Source: Octopus bimaculoides
Lineage: Eukaryota
Assembly (NCBI RefSeq): GCF_001194135.2
Contig: NC_068989.1
Span: 80,976,375 to 81,040,374, forward strand
Length of the DNA: 64,000 nucleotides
Direction: 5' to 3'
The notes under the pieces are model-generated. The model was not told where the DNA came from. It did not search any database and worked only from the letters and a program-made list of their open reading frames with translations. Of this stretch, positions 13,427 to 24,800 are shown in pieces. The stretch's first letter is position 1; each line of letters begins with the position of its first letter. A program made the translations under genes and the position numbers.

Positions 13427-14173
13427 TTGTGTGTGTGAAAACCAGATTAAGGGCTACTGATGCTCTATGTACAATCTAACAATGGCCTTCTCTCAGTACT
13501 TCCATTGTAGAAATGACAAGACAATGAGACACAATAAATGCTGAATGTGAAATATTAAATGAGAATTTTTGTTTTCTTCTAGGCTAATCCTCACAACTAT
13601 ATTAAATATAGCTTATTTTTCACCCACCAGGTTAATCCCCAAAATTATTTTAAATACAGCCTTGGTCCTTTTAACATGTACTTATTTTGTCTCATGTATA
13701 GTTGGGACCTCATACATACACACATACATACATACATACAGACATACAGAAAGGCAGACAGACAGACAGACAGACAGAACCTGGTGGAGCCCTCTACTTG
13801 GTCTTTCTCTGTCAAATTGTCCAACCCATGTCAGCATGGAAAAAGGATGCTAAATGATGATAATGATATATATATATATATACAACAGCTGCAGTATTTT
13901 ATATTTGCTTTGCATCCTGGAAGGGGTTGGACAGGTTGCTGCTTATTTGGAGTTGCTACCCTCCCAGCTATGATTAGGGGAACGTATTTATACATACATG
14001 TATATGTGTGTGTTTTGTATGTGGAGACAGTAATTTAAATAAACATGAATAGGCTTGATATATATAAATATACATATATACACGCTCACATATAGATACA
14101 CACACACATAATGAGAGAGAGACTTACAAATAGCTAAATATATTCAGAAGATAAACACATATGTACAAGCATC

Positions 14174-14213
14174 GGCCATGACGAAGGGAAATAGCCCTGA
14201 AACTCGAGTCGCC
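14174..14213 (+). ncRNA. Minimal type-I hammerhead-ribozyme-like motif, probably from a Penelope-like element repeat
   Basis: GGC-ca-UGACGA-AGGG-aaauag-CCCU-GAAA-CUCGAG-UC-GCC: stem I GGC/GCC, stem II AGGG/CCCU, GAAA, palindromic CUCGAG loop III, GUC triplet. There is one extra A between C3 and U4. Confidence 0.6.
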
Positions 14214-14595
14214 TTTATATATATATATTTATATTTATATATTTATATATTTGATCCTTTATATTGAACACTCAATATTTCATCTACATTCAATACTTTC
14301 TTTCATGGTGCCATCCATTTTTATTTTATTTTATTTTATATTGTATATTGTATATCATATTATATATTGTATATTCCATATTCTATACCCCACATTAGTT
14401 CTGCAGGAATANNNNNNNNNNNNNNNNNNNNNNNNNNNNNNNNNNNNNNNNNNNNNNNNNNNNNNNNNNNNNNNNNNNNNNNNNNNNNNNNNNNNNNNNN
14501 NNNNNNNNNNNNNNNNNNNNNNNNNNNNNNNNNNNNNNNNNNNNNNNNNNNNNNNNNNNNNNNNNNNTTAAAAGCAGCAGAAATATAACAAAAAG

Positions 14596-14633
14596 CTGTT
14601 ACTCAGAGTTTCACGTTCCCGTTCATTGGACAG
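14596..14633 (-). ncRNA. Decayed minimal hammerhead-like motif in an AT-rich interspersed repeat
   Basis: The minus strand reads CUGU-c-caauga-ACG-ggaa-CGU-GAAA-C-ucuga-GUA-ACAG. Stems I and II and GAAA are intact; the CUGANGA core is altered (consistent with CpG decay). Confidence 0.45.
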
Positions 14634-14940
14634 TTTTGTTAGAAATGGGAGAGAAATGACAATGCAATCAAAACTAATATAAATTAAAAAACATGGATCT
14701 GTTTCATTGGTCGTTTCAAATAACGGTCTTAGGTATGCAATGAACAAAATAAACAAAACAAATGAATTCAATATAGATTCATTCTATTTTTTTAAAAATC
14801 AAAGAAAACCTTAAATTGAAAAGTGGGTTCAAAATACATATTGTAAATAATTATATTCGAATTAATAATAATTATATTCGAAACCTATAACCAATGAATT
14901 TATTGTTCCAAAACGGATGGTATAATTTGGAAAATATAAA

Positions 14941-15331
14941 TTGTTGTGTGATTAAGAAGGTCACTTTGCAACCACATGGTAGTGGGTTCAGTCCCACTAC
15001 ATTGCATCTTGGGCAAGTATCTTCTATAGCTCTGGGCTGACCATGCCTTGTGAGTAAATTTGGTAGACAGAAATTGTGTGGCAGACTGTCATACATACAT
15101 ATATATAAATGTATCTTTGTGTTTGTGTTTTTTGCATTTGTCCCCACCAACACTTGCCAACCAGTGTTGGTTTATTTTTGTCCCTATAACTTAGTGGTTT
15201 GGCAAAAGCATCTGGTAGAATAAGTTCCAGACTTTAAAATAGGTACTGGAGTTTTTTCAACTAAACCCTTCAAGGTGGTGCTCCAGCATGATCGCAGTCC
15301 AATGCCTGCAAAGCAAGTGAAAGATAAAAAG
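14941..15331 (+). mobile_element. Family A SINE, near full length
   Basis: Colinear similarity with 4152-4560 (gggttcagtcccactacattgcatcttgggcaagt...gtgctccagcatgatcgcagtc). Confidence 0.85.
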
Positions 15332-16559
15332 TAAATAGATGGATATAAACAGGTGAGTTAACTCACCTTTCAGAGTAATGTTAACACTGACACAAATCTA
15401 TTGACTTTTTATATCAACAGTTTAGGGAGACTTGAAAAGAGCACCTTATGTTTTACCATATTTGAAGGCATACAAGATACATATAGCCCTGGTCCTATAT
15501 GCAAAGTTGCTTTAAGTTTTTAAATGTTAATGCACTATTATTACCTCTTATCATCATCATCATCATCATTATCATCGTTTAACATCCACCTTCCATGCTA
15601 CCTTGGATAGGACGATTTCACAAAACCCGTCTAGGCAGAAGCCTGCACCAGACTTCTGCGACTGTTTTGGCAGGATTTCCACAGCTGGATGCCCTTCCTA
15701 GCACCAACCACTCAGTAAGGCTATAGTAGAAGACACTTGCCCAAGGTGTCATGCAGTGGGTCTGGACCTGGAACCACGAGATTGGGAAGTAAGCTTCTTA
15801 CCACACAGCCACACCTGCACACTAAATAACTTTTTTGCCATATATGTGCTGTGTTGAAATTAGGATGTTTCNNNNNNNNNNNNNNNNNNNNNNNNNNNNN
15901 NNNNNNNNNNNNNNNNNNNNNNNNNNNNNNNNNNNNNNNNNNNNNNNNNNNNNNNNNNNNNNNNNNNNNNNNNNNNNNNNNNNNNNNNNNNNNNNNNNNN
16001 NNNNNNNNNNNNNNNNNNNNNNNNNNNNNNNNNNNNNNNNNNNNNNNNNNNNNNNNNNNNNNNNNNNNNNNNNNNNNNNNNNNNNNNNNNNNNNNNNNNN
16101 NNNNNNNNNNNNNNNNNNNNNNNNNNNNNNNNNNNNNNNNNNNNNNNNNNNNNNNNNNNNNNNNNNNNNNNNNNNNNNNNNNNNNNNNNNNNNNNNNNNN
16201 NNNNNNNNNNNNNNNNNNNNNNNNNNNNNNNNNNNNNNNNNNNNNNNNNNNNNNNNNNNNNNNNNNNNNNNNNNNNNNNNNNNNNNNNNNNNNNNNNNNN
16301 NNNNNNNNNNNNNNNNNNNNNNNNNNNNNNNNNNNNNNNNNNNNNNNNNNNNNNNNNNNAAACATGCAACCGTCAGACATCTACCATACTCTGAACTCTT
16401 AGCATGGACGCATTAAAGTTCCAAGGTCTGACAACTGATTTGTTAGTCACCCACAAGATATCACCTACCACCTTTCCAACAACAACCTTGAGCCACTTTT
16501 TGAATTTCAAATGTCTAATATTCATGGACATGCTTACAAAATAAATCGACCACATGACT

Positions 16560-16905
16560 GATTCTTTGTAAGCATAGTACTTATTCTATCAGTCTCTTTT
16601 GCCAAACCACTTAGTCACAGGGATGTAAGCACACCAGCATCGGTTGTCAAGCAATGCTGGGGGCACAAACAGACACACAAACATATACACACACATACAT
16701 GCATACATACATACATACACACACACATATATATATATATACACATATAACGGGCTTCTTTCAGTTTCCGTCTACCAAATCCACTCACAGGGCTTTGGAT
16801 GACCCAAGGTTATACTATAAGACACTTGCCCAAGGTGCCATGCAGTGGAACTGAACCCGGAACCATGTGGTTGGTAAGCAAGCTACTTACCACACAGCCA
16901 CTCCT
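16560..16905 (-). mobile_element. Family A SINE, antisense, ending about 60 nt before the 16965 acceptor
   Basis: Reverse complement of family A (cttttgccaaaccacttagt...ctacttaccacacagccactcctg). Confidence 0.88.
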
Positions 16906-16964
16906 GAATATTTTAATTGAAATCATGAAAATTCCTTCTCAATGTTTTTATATTTTGATTACAG

Positions 16965-17383
16965 GGGCTTCAATGGCTGCTATCTTGAGTCAACCCCCCA
17001 AAAGCAAGCCAGTTCCAACTGTGTTTCACATAAAAAATACAACAAACTCTTTATGCCTCTGGGAAAAGGCAGTCAACAGCATCACTAAAGGAGAGCAAAT
17101 GAGAAAGGTACTGAGCAGCAACAACGATGCAGAAATAGCAGCAGCACCTGCAGCTCGGGTGAAAAGAGAAGGCCAGCATATATCAAATCTCGACAGAGGA
17201 GGCCGTATGAACAAACTGATTTATGATACCAGCTCACTTCCAGCACCTATTAAACCAGTTCCCAGATGTGGCATGTCTAAAGTTGCCAAAAAGATAATGC
17301 AACAGAATAGAGGTACTGTTGGAAGTCTTTTAACAAATTTGGCAAGCCATCAGATTGTTTTACAACCTGGAGTCAGAAGTTGA
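16965..17383 (+). CDS. Unknown repeat-motif protein, probable terminal exon (GASMAAILSQPPKSKP...PAARVKREGQHISNLDRGGRMNKLIY...PVPRCGMSKVAKKIMQQNRGTVGSLLTNLASHQIVLQPGVRS*)
   Basis: Acceptor tatattttgattacag|GG (phase 1), about 139 open codons to TGA at 17381-17383. It shares the R...[RK]G-x-M-x-x-L-L motif with exon 12100-12441. Confidence 0.8.
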
Positions 17384-18071
17384 GAAACTTATATCTAAGT
17401 TCATGCCTCTGGTTATCTATCTATCTATCTATCTACATACCTGTTTGTACACACACACACACACACACAAACATACACATGCATGCATACACACACACAC
17501 ATGCACGTGTGCACACATATATATTCTTTTACTTGTTTCAGTCATTAGACTCCCCACCAAAAAGAACAAACTAGATTTATTCAGTTTGATATCGGCTGCT
17601 ATATAGATTATTTATATATAATCAGTTGATATCAAACTGGATAAATTTCTCTCTCTCTTTCTGTCTCTCTCTATATATATATGCATACATGCATATATTT
17701 TCTTACCCACCTTATTCCCTCAACCATCATCCACCCCAAATATTTGTAACTGTGATTTGCAAAGCACATTCCATACACTGTCGTCCCTTTATCCCTATTT
17801 ATTCTACTACTAAATAAGTTAGAATAAGGGCGGAGGGCAGGTGGACTAGAGGGCACAAGCTTATGACTTTGAAGTGCTTTACCACCCGTTAGAGGCAAAA
17901 GGGGATCTTTTGGTAAAGAATTGCCTTTCTTTTTATTTATAAATGATTTTATTTCTTCTGTTCTTTTTTGTTATTTGTAGATCTATCATGCATAACATAT
18001 AAGTGCTGTATACCTATAACACATAGGTAAATTATATGCATATTGCACTAATTACAGAAGTACTTAATGAA

Positions 18072-18330
18072 CAGTTTGAAATAGGGCCTACATTTCACAT
18101 CTGGTCTGGATCTAGTTGAAATAGTGCAAACATTTCAAATCTGTCCTGGGTCTATTACCATTTGAAATGGGCCTATGTTTTACATCTGTCTGAGACCTGC
18201 TACAAACTGAGACGAGCTTGAATTTCACATCTGACCAGGGCCCACCATTTGAAATGGAACCTACATTTCACATCTGCACTGGGCCTATTACCAGTTGAAA
18301 TGGAGCTTTCATTTCACATCTGACCCAGAT
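18072..18330. repeat. Degenerate minisatellite, about six units of 40-46 bp, each with internal dyad symmetry
   Basis: TTGAAAT starts at about 18076, 18116, 18162, 18249 and 18295, with a degenerate unit near 18205. Unit consensus is approximately ccatTTGAAATgggcctacATTTCAcatctgtcctgggcctatta. Confidence 0.85.
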
Positions 18331-19279
18331 TTGCATGGGCCAATTACTGACAAAAATTCCTTCTTTATTGCAAGAACTGTTTTCACTCAGTAAGTTTACA
18401 CTTTTCTTCACAGTATTACAAGCAAATCTTTTCAAATTTCTACACACCTCTAGTATTTCTCCAAATTCATTTCCACATACACATCAGCACATTTGTCAGA
18501 TGTAAGTGATGAATTAAATGCAATTTTTTGTGTTTTAATTTACCACAAACTTCAATCTTTTTAATACCAAACACCTGTATTAAAGTGTTGAAATTTAAAT
18601 TCCAATCATGGACTGAAATTTTATTTTTGCACAAAAGATTAAAATAAGATTTGAATTTGTAAAAAATTATCTTTCAATAAATAAGTTAATTCATTAAGTC
18701 TATCATAATTCTTGATTATTAAAAAAAAATTAAGTGCTAATTTTATACTTGTGTGTGTGTATTTTACATTTATGCCTCTCCTAAAAAAAATTCAATTCAG
18801 CTACCAATGCTGATGATGTCATTTCCCCAATCAGCAAATCTTCCACTGGCTTTGCACCTTCAAACATATGAAACAATTAGAGATCTATTACTTCAGAGAC
18901 AAGTAAAGGTTAGTAACAGGAGAGCACCCAGCTGTAAAACAAGGCCTCAATTATATATTCAGCTAACGTATGGAAAAACAGGTATAAAATGAACATACAT
19001 ACATATGCATGTATGTATGTATGAACCTTTATGCTTCTTTCTTTCCATCTCCTTATTCTTTTACTCCCTAACTCTATGTTGTCATCTTATTAATATATAC
19101 CATTCTCATTTTCCCTATTTTTCTCTAATGGAATATCCCATAGTCGGGGATATTTCAGAAACAGCTGTAAGATTTTGAATTTCTTCCTATAATAATATTG
19201 TATATGACTTGAGATGTGTGCCTTGCTTTAATGTTTGCTGTCCTGTTTAACAATTATATCTATTTATCTATCTATCTAT

Positions 19280-19575
19280 CATAAATGGCATCTATGCCAG
19301 TAGCACATAGCATTATTCGAGCATTGGGCCTCATGGAGGCAATGTGGCTGATACTGGTGTCACATAAAAAGCACCATTCAAGTGCTGGGCCCCATGGAGG
19401 TAATGTGGCCGATGCCAGTGTCATGTAAAAGCACCTATTACACTCTTGGAGTGTTTGGTATTAGGAAGTGCATCCAGCCATAGAAACCATGCCAAATCAG
19501 ACTGGAGTGTGGTACAGCCCTGGTCAAACCATCCAACTCATAGCAGCATGGTCAATGGCTGTTAAATGATGATGT
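19280..19575 (+). mobile_element. Family B repeat
   Basis: Core aaaagcacctattacactcttggag...gttaaatgatgatg. Confidence 0.8.
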
Positions 19576-19843
19576 ATGTATGTATGTATGTTGGCATTTC
19601 TATAATGCAGTAATTTTGTGTATAAAGCTTACCTGTCTCTGACGATTTGACTGTACAGCTTGGTTATGTAATTAACTTTGTATAACTAATAATCAGCTTT
19701 TGTTAATGAAAAGTATGTAAGGTAGTGCAACTAAATATCTTATAAACAATCCTTCATGTTTTATTTATTTATTGTACATATATATATGTATGTATATATA
19801 TATATATGCATGTGTGTGTGTGTTCTGTCTGTCTGTCTATCTA

Positions 19844-20060
19844 TGTGGGGGTCCCAAAAAGTTCCTGGCTTTGGGTAAAAGAAAATACTGAAGGATCAGT
19901 TAATTATGATTTTATTTAACATATTCCATTCTCAGATTCACACACTTATTGCAGCAGTCCTTCAGTTTTTCTAAGCCCTGTGAAAGAACTCTGAAGACTG
20001 GACCTCCAACTAGGCTTTTCGTGATACCCTTAAGGCAAGGAACTTTTCAGTACCCCCTCA
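19844..20060. mobile_element. Mariner-derived MITE, 217 bp
   Basis: TA|TGTGGGGGTCCCAAAAAGTTCCTGGCTT at the left end and revcomp TA|TGAGGGGGTACTGAAAAGTTCCTTGCCTT at the right end; TA target duplication. Confidence 0.85.
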
Positions 20061-20942
20061 TATCTATCAATCTCTCTCTCTCTATATATATATACATATA
20101 CAATACATTGTGTGTGTATGTAAACGTCACCAAGATCAGGAAATTGAGTCTAAAATAATCAAACATTAACATTAATGGCAGTGCCCCAGCAAGACTACCT
20201 CTGGCTGAAAGCATGAAACTGATAAGAAAATAATAGAACAAACGATGTGTGTGTGTGTGTGCGCATACATTTATATATACAGGCTTTTTGTTGCCTTGAA
20301 AGCATTTAAACCAGGTTGCTAGTCTCCATCACTATTTTGAAAGCCCTGAAAAGAAGGACCATGTAATTTTGCCCCTTGCACTTCTGACAAAAGTCATTAA
20401 AAAATTATGTAGAAACCCTTAACTGAGCTGCCTACTGGACAGGAATTATGAGACCTTGGGACGCCAAGCTTCTCTAATGGTCTGACTTTTTCCTTTCCAT
20501 GTCATGAGTAATAAAATATTTTCAGTATAATGTAATGAAAAGATCTTGGCATGTTATGTTATTAAATTAGTCTGACCTTTTCTTTACATCAGCATGAAAG
20601 AAAAAAGAAAACTGTTATGTGTTAGAAAATACCGTCAGTTACCATTTACTGCTATTTAACTGTTTGTTTTTCTTGAATCAAGAATAGCAACAAGTGTTTT
20701 TGTTACTGTTTGTTAACTTTACATCCAATTTTCCATGATGATATGGATTGGACAGAGATCAGAAATTTAATCTAAGCAGCATGTTATAGTTGGATGACCT
20801 TTCTGTTGCCAACCCTCACCTGTTTTTCTAGTAAGAAATATTCTTTATTCCAATAATGCACAATGATAAGATGTTTTTGTCAACAGTGGATTTAGACATC
20901 ATCTCACTGTTTTGCTCACATGGTGGCAAGAAGTAGAATCTA

Positions 20943-21072
20943 CAGGGTGTTCACAAGGTCTGGGCACATGGAGTAAATAAAATAATAACATAAACAATTA
21001 AATATAAGAAATAATAATAATTTCTTAAAGTACGTGTTAATCCCCATGTACCCAGACTTTGTGGACACCTTG
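20943..21072. mobile_element. Tc1/mariner-type MITE, 130 bp
   Basis: TIRs TA|CAGGGTGTTCACAAGGTCTGGGCACATGG and revcomp TA|CAAGGTGTCCACAAAGTCTGGGTACATGG around an AT-rich core; TA duplication. Confidence 0.9.
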
Positions 21073-21449
21073 TACATTTGCATAAGCTAGACAGAATTCA
21101 TTGAGGTTTATTTTCTCTGGCCTGATCCCCCTTCTTGTTGCCAATCCTCATCTGTTTCTAAGTAAGGTAATATTTCCCTATGGCCAGACATTTTCACAGT
21201 ATGTAGGACACAGTTTGTATGATGGGGCTTCTTGAAATTATCTCCCCTTTCTAATTCACTAATTTGGTATCAGTCACAACTGCCAACCATGCCTTTCTTC
21301 ACTTTTTATCAAAACGAAAATGTCAATAAATCAAGAATTTATCTTTTAAGGTTATTTAACATACCTTTACTTACTCCGAGATATTTCTCTTGGCTCATTT
21401 TAACAATTATGGCATTAAATAAAAAAAAATTGCACAGAATTAAATATAT

Positions 21450-21850
21450 AGGTGTAGGTTATGACTACGTGGCAAAGAAGCTTGCTTTGTCACTATGTAG
21501 CTTTGGGTTCAGTCCCAATGTGTAACACCTTGGGTGAGTACCTTCTATTATAGCCCCAAGTTGATCAACACCCCTATGAATGAATTTTGTAGACGTAAAT
21601 TGTGTGGAAGTCTGTCGTGTGTGTGTGTGTGTTTTTTTGTGTCAGTGTTTGTCCCCTCACACCACATGACAACCGGTGTTGGTTTGTTTATGTCCCTGTC
21701 ACTTAGTAATTTGGCAAAAGAGAAGAGTAAGTACCAGACTTAAAAAAAAAAAATACTGGGGTTGATTTGTTTGACTAAAATTCTTCAAGAGAGTGCCCCA
21801 ACTGAAGTGCAAGAGAGTGCCCAATCACTGAAACAAATAAAACATGGAAG
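21450..21850 (+). mobile_element. Family A SINE, diverged
   Basis: Colinear with 4152-4560. Confidence 0.8.
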
Positions 21851-24800
21851 ATAAACATGTAGCAAAAATGTTAAAGCAGATTTGATCAACAGTTATTGAA
21901 AGAGAAAAAGGAAAGCAAATGTTAGAGCTAGAGAAAATTTTATTTCTTTTGTTTGTTCTTTTACAAGTCTGAAGTGTGTCAGATTGGAATGGGAAAAAAA
22001 CCTTTACATAGGAAAAAAAGCAACAAAACTTTAGCTTTGAAGGTAAACTGTCATGATTCAGTGTCTTATATATGTGAGTGTGTAACTGTTGAGGAAAATA
22101 GCACCAATAGGCAAGTGTGAGGGGAAAATTTAGAATTTAAAAAAAAGAAGAACTCAGTTTAACAGAAAGATATAAGTGTGGGTTAGGGGGTGGGGGGTTG
22201 AGATAAAAAGAAAAAAGAATTTGATTTATTTCAAATCGAAAACAATACCAGATACCAATACATTTAAAGAATGTTTAGCATGAAACACAGAGCAGGAGCT
22301 AGAGTATTCTGTGCCTCAGGCCAGTGCTACAAAGTACAGCTGTTTGGCAAATACAGCCAAGAGTAGTAGCTTATAAATAAATATGTAGCGTACATTTGTT
22401 CAGCTGAAGTCTATTTCATTTCTGATATTGCTAAAACATTGTTTAAACAACTACAGCATCCATATCTGTTGACAGATATAGATAGTAAGACTAGGATTTA
22501 CCAAAAAAATTATCATAATCCTTTTTGTTTTTTGTTTTTTTTTATGTTCTTTGAAAAAAATCTGTATTTTTAGCTAGATTAATGAAATTACATCTAAACT
22601 GTTCAGAATTTAGATTTTAACATCTTAAGTAATCTCTTGGTTTGCCAAGTGCATAGCACCGACCCTGTTAGTACCAATCTATAAACAGGGGACTAGTGGT
22701 GGGTAATAAATAAATAAACATGCCAATAATGGCTTTCTTCAGCTGAACTTATACCATTATTATATGTTCTTTTATAAGCTAAAATGTATCTTTATCAAAT
22801 GGTTGATGTAATCAAGTCTTCTTTCAAGACTCCTAATATTTACGTAGAAAGAATAAATGACATTGTTTTGATATCAGCAGGAATTAATTTTTATATAGAT
22901 AATGGCTTCAAATCAGCTTTTTAAAACTGAGAGGTAGATACTTATAAAAGAAATCTACAACACTGAATTAATCCAAAACGAACTGCTTGATTTTAAAGAT
23001 GTAAAAAGAAGTAATATGGCATGCAAACAGCATCAAAGCCAAAATTTAAATAAACATTTAAGAATAATGTTAAATTCAATAAATATGAAAACATGAAAAA
23101 AAAAAAAAAAATTCCTATGACCACATTATTATTATGATGATAATGATTATTACTATTATTTAAATTAAAATTTTGATGAACATTTTAAAAATTGTTTTAC
23201 ATCATTCTTTTAAACTGAGTTCTGTATATTCTGATAAGAGGTAGATAAACCGCACACATGCACACACATATACAACATTTGTTTAACTTGAAAGAAAATA
23301 TCAATAAGAAAAGAAAATATTGATAATTCTACTTAAAATCCCATTCAGAAAGATGGAATTAATGCAGGAGACTAAAAAGACAGGTTGAAATCTCAGATAT
23401 GAAATAATATAGATGTGTCTCTCCCTCTATATAGATTTAAACATCTTGTTAAATGCTCAGAGTCAAAACTGGTACAATAAGTTTTACTAACAGCTCTATT
23501 AACTTTAAACGTATTTCAATCTAAGAAAGTCTGTTTGACTTAATAATAATAATAATAATAATAAGAGACTTTCAAAAACAAATTGTNNNNNNNNNNTAAA
23601 GGAAAAAAAAAAAAAAAAAGAAAAAAAAGAAAAAGAAATGCTTTATCCAATAAATTTTAAATATTTTTCTTGGTTTTTATTTTTAGAAAAATAATCTCAT
23701 CCTTGTTTGTCTCACTTGTGTAAAAACTAATTTCCAAATAGTAATCTTTGTCCATACTAAGTGAAATTTATCTATTCAACTTTAAATATAATTCCATATT
23801 TATAGCTCAATATAACAAATGTAAAGGGTAACAAAAATAATCTAAAACTGGTTATTCCATATAGCGTGTTGCTGGCAGTCACAGGCCAATTCAATAACTG
23901 GTAAGGCACAACAGTACATATGCTTCGCAGCAGCCTAATATATCTGCACTGTTGCCTTTGTCGTCTTCATTTTACTTTTATAGCAGCCAGCACCTAATCG
24001 GACATCATTAAACTATTAAGCAAGAAGCAATACTTTTGACTGAGACAGACAAGAAAAGGGGACAGAAATGAGAAGAGAGAAAGCTAATGTATATAAAACT
24101 CACTAAACACATTTCAAACTCAAATATTTAAAGACTGAAGCCTATTTCAATAAAATGCTTAAATTATTGCATCTAATCAGAACAAAATTTTTTTGAAGGA
24201 AGTAAAAGGTCCAATTCAAAGTTCTTTAGATTTACACAACAATACTTCTTAAACTAGTCTTTACTAAATTCTTTATATTAATTAAATTTTAAAATATTGT
24301 CCAAAGATAACAGTTGCATTAAATGATAAAAAAAAAAAACGAAAAACCATGATATAAATATAATGAAGACAATATATTCAAGAAATCTAACTGGCTAAAT
24401 GGTATCTACTGCTTGTGCACACACACGCACAGTCAGCCAACGCAACTACTAAATGACACTAGCAGCCAATGCAAACAAAATACGACTATTGTTAAAGTTA
24501 TATCCAAAACATCATTGCACATGTTTGCTCATGTAGGCAAGCACAGCTTCTCCTCTTCAAGTCTTATAGTGCTGTACTACTATCAGTTTCAGAAGAACCA
24601 TGTGGGCATGTGCATGCTATTGACTTTGATATTTACTACAATTACTACTACAGGAATCAATTGTCTACAATAGTGCTGTATCGGATTTTTTTTTCTTTAG
24701 GCAACGTTAGCAGAAGTTTTTTTGTTGTTGTTGTTGAGATTCTTATACTCATGATTATTTTGAAGTATATCAGTAAGATAATTACCATTAGCAGCATACA

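Noticed and set aside
13583-13665. Strong plus-strand acceptor followed by a duplicated peptide (ANPHNYIKYSL / [11 protein letters not shown]) as the missing bridging exon
   Set aside because: The phase-1 donor (G|gtcctt) is very weak and the peptide does not fit the repeat motif of the flanking exons.
18072-18330. CRISPR-like look (palindromic units containing TTGAAA)
   Set aside because: The intervening sequences resemble each other rather than being unique spacers, the units are degenerate, there are no cas genes, and the context is eukaryotic.
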